DNA of 64,000 nucleotides from Clostridioides phage LIBA2945: sequence record MF547663.1; one strand, 5' to 3'. Shown piece by piece: positions 57,716 to 64,000 of this stretch (position 1 is its first letter; each line of letters starts with the position of its first letter). The notes under the pieces were generated by a model. It saw only the letters and a program-made list of their open reading frames with translations, ran no database searches and was not told where the DNA came from. The position numbers and the translations under genes were made by a program.

Positions 57716-59560
57716 TTATATTTGTACCTTTGTTTTTTTATCATACAAATTATATATTGGATATAATTTAAATTTATTCAATAATTCTTTACTCATATTA
57801 TTCATATTATTTTTAGCTTCTTCATACTTTTCAATTAATATATTTATCGCACATTGAATCATTATGTCTTTTGAGTTTTTTCTTTTAATATTATCTAAAT
57901 CAAGTATTTCATCAATGCTAAAATTTCTAATCCTTTTTATTATTTGATATTTATTAATTTTGTTTATATCTACATCAACTTCATTTTCTATCCATTCTAA
58001 TAACTCTAGTGCCTCAATTAAATATTCTTTAATAAGTATTTTATCATAGTATTTAATTAATTCTAAAATATATGACATGACTCTATCTGTATACTCTGGT
58101 GTTTTTTTATATTTTTTAATATTTATAGTTGCTTTACTTACATCGAAATTAATACTATCCATATCATTATAATTTAAAAGTATATATGGACTGCATTGCA
58201 TGTCTCCTTCTCTTTGAGTAATAGTAAGGTTATTTTTTTTATCAAAAATATTAATAAGATTCCAACTATTATCTGTTTCTATCTTATATAAGATTATTTT
58301 CTTTTCATTAATTTTCATATATGCAAATCCTGAATGTTTACTCATATTCTTTTTTTTAATTGTTTTATTATTAATAAATATACTTATAAGTGTATTTATC
58401 TTCCCATAATCTTCCTGAGACATATTATCTAATAAGAAATTTTCTTGTTTTATTTCAAGCATCTCTAATAGATTCTTAAAATCTTCAAAAAATAATATAT
58501 TTTCTATTAAATCATTTTCTTCGCATGGCATAGTTTTTAAATCTAAATCAATAAGTTTATCTTTTGTTGAAAATTCTTTTATAAGTACTTTTTTATGTTT
58601 AAATATATCTAATAACATCTTTAAATTATTTAAATGACTATCAACAGTTCCACTTGGTTCTTTTATCGTAAAATTTATATCAATAGACTTATTGATTAAT
58701 TTCTCATCTAATATACGGTAAATATAAATAACAATAAAATTATTGATAGTTATTTTGTGATTGGTTTTATTTACTGTTGATATATATTCATTATTTTTAT
58801 AAATATTATTTTTTATAAAAATATCTACAATAGTTTTTGTATTTAATTCTTTAAGATACAATTTATTCACACAAGGTAAATCAATTGTATCTAAATCTTC
58901 ATGTTTAAGTGGTTTGTAAGCATACACACTTCTATTAAATAAATCATATCTATTATCTATTTCTGCAATATCTATTGAAATCTCTTTGTCTCTTTCACTT
59001 AGTTCTATTTGTTTATCTACTAAATTTTTTGTTTGTTTATTTATATTACGATAAAACGAATTAACTATTCTTTCAAAATGATTATTTTCAGGTCTTAGTT
59101 CATATAGCTCTACAGACTTGGTCAATTGATTTTTCTTCGTTCTATCTATTTCATTTAATATATTTATCAAATCAACTGGAAGTAAATTTCTATAATAAAC
59201 TTTTATTTTGTTAACACTTTTAATTTCAACAACAAATAAAATAACACCTTCATTATTGTAGTAGTTTCTTAAATCACTAACATCCATTGAAAAAGTTCTT
59301 TTTTTGCCACTTAACTTTTTTACCTCCTTTGCTTTAAGTTGTATATTTATTTTTCTTAATAAATTTTCTTTTTTATTATCTAAACAATTTTCCTTCTCAA
59401 TTTTATTTTTTTCATATAAAAATAGTTCTCCGTCCCAAGATGGTGTTTTGTCATTTGATTGAATATTTGCTTCAATATTTCCCGCAATCGCACATAATTT
59501 TTGAATCTCAGCAATAGATAAATTTTCCTTGTGTATATTTGAAATCTTACTTGTTCCCAT
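57716..59560 (-). CDS. large hypothetical protein, candidate anti-phage defence/abortive-infection gene with N-terminal PD-(D/E)XK-like (DUF4365-like) signature
   Basis: N-terminus TPSWDGELFLYEK...INIQLKAKE and MDVSD...ILFVVEIKS both fit D-x(n)-(E/Q)-x-K nuclease-like patterns. 614 aa, isolated gene between a TA locus and an integrase. Confidence 0.35.
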   Translation of the reverse strand: MGTSKISNIHKENLSIAEIQKLCAIAGNIEANIQSNDKTPSWDGELFLYEKNKIEKENCLDNKKENLLRKINIQLKAKEVKKLSGKKRTFSMDVSDLRNYYNNEGVILFVVEIKSVNKIKVYYRNLLPVDLINILNEIDRTKKNQLTKSVELYELRPENNHFERIVNSFYRNINKQTKNLVDKQIELSERDKEISIDIAEIDNRYDLFNRSVYAYKPLKHEDLDTIDLPCVNKLYLKELNTKTIVDIFIKNNIYKNNEYISTVNKTNHKITINNFIVIYIYRILDEKLINKSIDINFTIKEPSGTVDSHLNNLKMLLDIFKHKKVLIKEFSTKDKLIDLDLKTMPCEENDLIENILFFEDFKNLLEMLEIKQENFLLDNMSQEDYGKINTLISIFINNKTIKKKNMSKHSGFAYMKINEKKIILYKIETDNSWNLINIFDKKNNLTITQREGDMQCSPYILLNYNDMDSINFDVSKATINIKKYKKTPEYTDRVMSYILELIKYYDKILIKEYLIEALELLEWIENEVDVDINKINKYQIIKRIRNFSIDEILDLDNIKRKNSKDIMIQCAINILIEKYEEAKNNMNNMSKELLNKFKLYPIYNLYDKKTKVQI

Positions 59561-59604
59561 AGAATATAGCCACCTCCTTTGATAACCTATTATATATTAT
59601 ACCA

Positions 59605-60717
59605 TTAATTAGCTTTGAATAAATTTTCAGATATTCTATCTGAAGCTTCTTTATCCATTTCTTTAAGTACATGAGAATATACATTAAGAGTAGTATTAAT
59701 ATTTGAATGTCCCACCCTTTCAGATATAACCTTTATAGGTACTTTAGAATTTATAAGTAAAGTAACATGTGAATGTCTTAAGTCATGAAATCTAATATGA
59801 GGTAAATCATTGTTCTCTAAGAATTTTCTAAATTTCTTACTCATTACATCTTCAGCAATTGGATTCCCTTTTCTATCAAAAAATAGTAAGTTATATTCAT
59901 TTCTAACAATACTTCTCAATAACTTCTTATTCTGCTCCAGCCTATAATTTTTTAGTAAATTCATAAGCTCTATTGGTGCAAATATTTTTCTAACAGAGCT
60001 TTCTGTCTTTGGCTCTTTAAGTATAACAGAACCATCTAATCTACTAGTTATCTTATTTACTGTTATTGTATTTTCATCAAAATCAATATTATCCCAAGTT
60101 AATCCCAAAACTTCTGAAAGTCTTAATCCTAGACCTATAGCTAAACTAATAGGAAGCTCCATATTAGTTCCTTTAGCTAACTCTAATAATTTTAACATTT
60201 GTTCTTTATCATAAATTTCATTTTTAAATTTTTTAATTCTTGGACTTTCTATACCATCTATAATATTTTCTTTTATTAACTTAATTCTATACGCTCTCTT
60301 TATTGCAAGTCTCAATACATTTATATGTACTTTAATAGTTTGAGGGTTTAAGTTACCAGCTAAATCATCTACATAATTCTGTATATGAATATTTCTCAAC
60401 TCTTGAAGACGATATTTTCCAATAGAAGGATTAATATGATTTTTACAAATAGCAATGTAACTTTTATATGTAGATGCCGAAATATTATCTTTATATTTTT
60501 CAAGAAAGTCTAATATAAATCCAGCTAGAGTGATTTCATTTGGAACAAGAAAACTATCTTTATATATACTGTCCTTAACTTCAGCCAATCTTTTATTAGC
60601 ATCTCTCTTTTTATCAAAAGCTCCCATATTTTTTTGTTTTCTTTTTCCTGATTCATCATCTCTAAATTCTAAGTACACTACATAATTTTTATTTCTTTTT
60701 CTTATAAAAGCGTTCAT
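59605..60717 (-). CDS. int: tyrosine integrase with N-terminal arm-type (AP2-like) DNA-binding domain
   Basis: N-terminus NKNYVVYLEFRDDESGKRKQK is an AP2-like arm domain. C-terminus HDLRHSHVTLLI...VGHSNINTTLNVYSHV is catalytic R-H-R-Y. Confidence 0.85.
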   Translation of the reverse strand: MNAFIRKRNKNYVVYLEFRDDESGKRKQKNMGAFDKKRDANKRLAEVKDSIYKDSFLVPNEITLAGFILDFLEKYKDNISASTYKSYIAICKNHINPSIGKYRLQELRNIHIQNYVDDLAGNLNPQTIKVHINVLRLAIKRAYRIKLIKENIIDGIESPRIKKFKNEIYDKEQMLKLLELAKGTNMELPISLAIGLGLRLSEVLGLTWDNIDFDENTITVNKITSRLDGSVILKEPKTESSVRKIFAPIELMNLLKNYRLEQNKKLLRSIVRNEYNLLFFDRKGNPIAEDVMSKKFRKFLENNDLPHIRFHDLRHSHVTLLINSKVPIKVISERVGHSNINTTLNVYSHVLKEMDKEASDRISENLFKAN

Positions 60718-61005
60718 GGTTATCCCTCCTATGAAAATTCATATACTTATTATACCATACAGAGGAGGCAAAAAATAGTCATTTTAGCTGACTTTCAACT
60801 GACTTTTTTAATTCTTTTATTTATATAATTATTGAAATTACTTAATTATAAAGAAATAAGACATAGAATACACAATTCTATGCCTTACACTATCACGCTA
60901 TTATTTTTATATATTTTCCATTTTAAGCAATCGATTTTCCGAACAGGATTAATTATAAGCATTAATTTTTACAAAGCCTTAAAATCGAATTTAAGAGGTT
61001 GTTTT

Positions 61006-61764
61006 TTATTTTCTAGTGTATTTACATTTTGGATACTGACTACATCCCCAAAATTCACCATACTGACCTTTTCTTTTAATCAAATGTCCAATTTGACATC
61101 TAGGGCACTTATCCTCTTCAGTAATATTTTTTAAATTTCTAACATGCTCTCTAGTATTTTGATTAGTGGTTTTCATACAATCAAAAATTTTATCTCTGAT
61201 AATTTTTATTTCTTCTTTATCAATAGTCACATCTTTACATTTACTTATTGTACTTAATATCTCACTTTCATTTATAACTATAATATTATTTCCACTTATC
61301 ATTACATTTTTTAGTGTAGCTTTGTCTGAAAAAACAATTATTGAATATATATTATATTTATTTCCTATTATATTTTCTATTGCTTTAATATGAGCATAAT
61401 TTTGTCTTACCGGATTATAGAATGTATTTTTAGTTTTTCCTACAATTTGAGTCCATACTTTATCTTTATCATTTCCGTAAATATATCCACTAAAATTTTT
61501 ACATTCTATAACAAATATTCCATACATAGAAATCACAATACTATCAATTTGTGTAGTCTTATTTGAGCCTGGTACAATAATGTCTTTAATTATTATGTAA
61601 TCTTTGCCTAATCTGCTAAGTATAAAATCTAATCTAAGTTCTCCAAATCCACCTTTTACTTGTATCTTAGTATCCTTAATAATATTATTAACTTCTTTTA
61701 CAGTTTTACTAACTTCTTCTGACATAAATACCTTTTCAAATATCTCCTTAAACATCCTCACCAT
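61006..61764 (-). CDS. NERD-domain protein with C-terminal topoisomerase-type C4 zinc ribbon
   Basis: NERD core GELRLDFIL...IFVIECKNFSGYIYG. C-terminal CPRCQIGHLIKRKGQYGEFWGCSQYPKCKYT is a zf-C4_Topoisom motif. Confidence 0.65.
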   Translation of the reverse strand: MVRMFKEIFEKVFMSEEVSKTVKEVNNIIKDTKIQVKGGFGELRLDFILSRLGKDYIIIKDIIVPGSNKTTQIDSIVISMYGIFVIECKNFSGYIYGNDKDKVWTQIVGKTKNTFYNPVRQNYAHIKAIENIIGNKYNIYSIIVFSDKATLKNVMISGNNIIVINESEILSTISKCKDVTIDKEEIKIIRDKIFDCMKTTNQNTREHVRNLKNITEEDKCPRCQIGHLIKRKGQYGEFWGCSQYPKCKYTRK

Positions 61765-61874
61765 CTACCTTTCGACATATATTTTAATTATAGCATCTAA
61801 TACAATATGAAGTAGATGAAATATTCGACATAAATGCAAAAAAGTCACCTAAATTAATAGATGACTTAATTATT

Positions 61875-62048
61875 TTATGCTACTTTTTCAATATATTTTT
61901 CATTAACAACATAAGTCTTAAACTTATGTACTACCATAATATCCTGCATGTTCTCTAGTGTCATTATAACTCTAACACATTTATTCCTAATTTCTTTTGG
62001 TAATTCTAAGTCATTTATTAAATTTACATAATCATCATATCTGTACAT
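61875..62048 (-). CDS. small hypothetical protein (57 aa)
   Basis: SD ggaggag. Leftward operon context. Confidence 0.3.
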   Translation of the reverse strand: MYRYDDYVNLINDLELPKEIRNKCVRVIMTLENMQDIMVVHKFKTYVVNEKYIEKVA

Positions 62049-62212
62049 TTAATACTCCTCCCAAAGTTAGTCTAGGATATATTATAGTACTCTAATTCAA
62101 TTTTTTCAATAGAAAATCTTAATCCTGTATAGATATTTTCTAAATGATATAATGTCATACATTTGTCATCATAGTAATAATTATATTTTTCTAGGATTAT
62201 ATACTTATTCAT

Positions 62213-62716
62213 CTATATACCTGTACTTCCAAATCCATTACTTCCTCTTTCAGAGCTAGTCAATTCATCTACCACTTTTAATATAGCTCTTGGAACTTGT
62301 TGAAATACTCCTTGTGCAAGTTTAGTATGTTTAGGAATTAAAATATCAAAATCCTCTTCATTATATGTAATTATTTTAATTTCACCTCTATATCCTGAAT
62401 CCACTGTACCTAATCTTACAGTTGGATGTGCTACAAAAATTTTTCTAATTTGTTTTTTAGGTTGCACTTTATCATATATAGTCACATATCTTGTAAAAAA
62501 CATTCCTTTTAAGCTTATACCACTTCTAGGTCTGACTTGCATTTCATATCCATATGGAATTTCTAATGATATACCTGTAGATATTGCTACTGCTGATTTA
62601 GCTGGAATCACCGTATCTTTTAGTGTATATAAATCTATTCCACTATCACCTTCTTTTGCATAAGATGGCACTATTGCATTTTGATTTAATTTCTTTATTT
62701 TAACATTTATACTCAT
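62213..62716 (-). CDS. dut: dUTP diphosphatase (phage-type with insertion)
   Basis: dUTPase motifs: DSGIDL, RPRSG, GTVDSGYRGEI, and the C-terminal RGSNGFGSTG motif V. Confidence 0.8.
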   Translation of the reverse strand: MSINVKIKKLNQNAIVPSYAKEGDSGIDLYTLKDTVIPAKSAVAISTGISLEIPYGYEMQVRPRSGISLKGMFFTRYVTIYDKVQPKKQIRKIFVAHPTVRLGTVDSGYRGEIKIITYNEEDFDILIPKHTKLAQGVFQQVPRAILKVVDELTSSERGSNGFGSTGI

Positions 62717-62739
62717 TAATTTAATCTCCCTTTTTAAAA

Positions 62740-63234
62740 TTATCTATTAGTATCAAGTTTGTTTAAATAAGCTATTCCAAGTGCTATAGCATCATATATA
62801 TCACTTGTTTTAGCCTTACAAGTCCTATCAATATATTCTCCAATATCAATAATGTTTTCTCTTACATATGCAGCTACTTCTTCCTTTTTAGCTTTACCAT
62901 TATTCAGGAGATATTTTCTAATAGAAACTGGATACATATATTCAATCTCTATATTATTTAATTTTACAGTCCTCATTATTGCTCCTAAGAGTTTTCTTAA
63001 ACTAAGAATTGTTTTAGAGTTTCTTGAAGTGAATTGGTCTTCAATTAAGACTATTTGAATATTATGAGTTATAATTAACTCTTGAATTGCATTACAGATA
63101 TAACACATTCGCTCATCTTCAGACTTGAATTTATCTTTTTTAGTTACTATTTTTCCATATTTTAATATATTCTTATTTCTATTTATAACTGCCCATCCAG
63201 TTGAGGACATGGATACATCTAAGGCTAAGACCAT
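62740..63234 (-). CDS. RuvC-family Holliday-junction resolvase (phage type)
   Basis: N-terminal LALDVSMSSTGWAV (catalytic Asp context) and C-terminal DIYDAIALGIAY, typical of RuvC-like resolvases. Confidence 0.65.
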   Translation of the reverse strand: MVLALDVSMSSTGWAVINRNKNILKYGKIVTKKDKFKSEDERMCYICNAIQELIITHNIQIVLIEDQFTSRNSKTILSLRKLLGAIMRTVKLNNIEIEYMYPVSIRKYLLNNGKAKKEEVAAYVRENIIDIGEYIDRTCKAKTSDIYDAIALGIAYLNKLDTNR

Positions 63235-63806
63235 TGAATCCCCTCTTTCATATGTATTTTAACTTGCTCTACTGCATTAGTTATACTTAAGTTATTTGCT
63301 ATTACAATGTAGTTTTCACTATTTAAAAACTCTTTAAATTTAATCTTATCATCAACTAATCTTCTTTCGATTTCTTTAAGATTATCACCTCTATCTATTA
63401 ATCTTTTTCTTATAGTATCTTCATCTGCGTTTATAAAAAATGGTACTAACTTAGTTTTTGTTCCTGTAAAATATTTTTCTAGTGCTTTATATCCACTTGC
63501 ATCTACTATAGTCAAAGCATATTTTTTATTCTCTAATTCAGATTTATGTATACCATATAGCCAAGTGCTGCCATCATGAACTATATACTTTCTCATTTCT
63601 ATAAAGTTATTTTTTTCTTTCTTAAAGAATTTATTATCTACAAAATAATAGGTTTTATTAATGATTTCTAAGTAATTACGGGGAGGTCTTGTTGTATGTG
63701 ATATTAGAATTGGAATATTGAATTGCTTTGAAATTTCTGTTACTATACTATCTTTACCTGAGCCAGAATAACCTAAAAATACAAATATATTTTTTAATTT
63801 ATCCAT
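63225..63806 (-). CDS. P-loop kinase (guanylate-kinase-like fold)
   Basis: Walker A GYSGSGKDS followed by SHTTRPPR, a GMP-kinase-like pattern. Confidence 0.55.
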   Translation of the reverse strand: MDKLKNIFVFLGYSGSGKDSIVTEISKQFNIPILISHTTRPPRNYLEIINKTYYFVDNKFFKKEKNNFIEMRKYIVHDGSTWLYGIHKSELENKKYALTIVDASGYKALEKYFTGTKTKLVPFFINADEDTIRKRLIDRGDNLKEIERRLVDDKIKFKEFLNSENYIVIANNLSITNAVEQVKIHMKEGIQWS

Positions 63807-64000
63807 CTATACTCACCTTAAGTTCAAATATATTAGGATTATCAATAATCACTTGATGAAGTCCCTTGCTTAATACATCTACTAAATATTCCTCATCTTC
63901 ACTCTCTATACATCTATCTCTAAATATACAATGGAATAACTCATGTAAGAAAGTAGCTTCTTTTACTCTTTCTGATTGTAGATTATTAGATAATTTTATT
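63799..64000 (-). CDS. C-terminal part of an HExxH protein (ImmA/IrrE-like metallopeptidase candidate); 5' end beyond window
   Basis: Contains TFLHELFHCIF (HExxH). Overlaps the downstream start by 8 nt. Confidence 0.35.
   Translation of the reverse strand, partial: IKLSNNLQSERVKEATFLHELFHCIFRDRCIESEDEEYLVDVLSKGLHQVIIDNPNIFELKVSIDG

Noticed and set aside
60832-61134. 100-aa plus-strand ORF overlapping the 3' end of the NERD gene
   Set aside because: Hydrophobic low-complexity translation of the antisense strand of a real gene. No SD.
1-64000. CRISPR arrays, rRNA or tRNA genes (for example a tRNA att site next to either integrase)
   Set aside because: No regularly spaced direct repeats with unique spacers. 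No cloverleaf-like GC-rich segments around 53.3 kb, 59.6 kb or 60.7–61.0 kb.

Overview
Very AT-rich (about 28% GC) Firmicutes/Clostridia-like DNA dominated by a siphovirus-type prophage.

Positions 1–13.4 kb hold the packaging and morphogenesis genes: small and large terminase, portal, protease/scaffold, major capsid, connector proteins, major tail protein and tail chaperone-like ORFs.

Between the chaperone-like genes and the tape-measure gene (TMP) sits a roughly 14.4-kb accessory island (13.45–27.85 kb). It carries three tandem Bro-N/KilAC antirepressor paralogs (one disrupted) each preceded by a palindrome; an orphan LytTR response regulator followed by a phased direct-repeat box; a thrice-repeated direct-repeat/-10 motif; an MmeI-like Type IIL restriction-modification enzyme; an XRE regulator divergent from a fourth antirepressor; and three tandem moron cassettes (a DUF559-like nuclease-domain protein, a SHOCT membrane protein and a lipoprotein) delimited by a repeated leader and a repeated 'terminator + TMP start' trailer.

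The TMP itself (about 2,500 aa in total) is split by a roughly 270-nt structured intervening sequence, a candidate group I intron.

Between TMP and the distal tail genes lie three tandem type I toxin-antitoxin-like loci: a small hydrophobic peptide on the minus strand with a convergent small RNA ending in a terminator inside the toxin 3' end. A fourth copy sits at 57.3–57.6 kb.

Downstream are tail tip and fibre genes (a 571-aa Tal-like protein, a fibre with a C-terminal S74 intramolecular chaperone, a 691-aa coiled-coil protein, a 1,627-aa RCC1-repeat protein and a Gly-rich fibre) and a lysis cassette (amidase, glucosaminidase, holin, BhlA-like).

Next comes a small island with a Xer-like recombinase, an XRE regulator with 17-bp palindromic operators, a BlaI-like repressor and a CWB2 surface protein. 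It is followed by a 614-aa defence-candidate gene and a second tyrosine integrase.

The window ends with the leftward early genes of a neighbouring element: a NERD/topoisomerase zinc-finger protein, dUTPase, RuvC-like resolvase, a P-loop kinase and an HExxH protein. No rRNA, tRNA or CRISPR arrays were seen.
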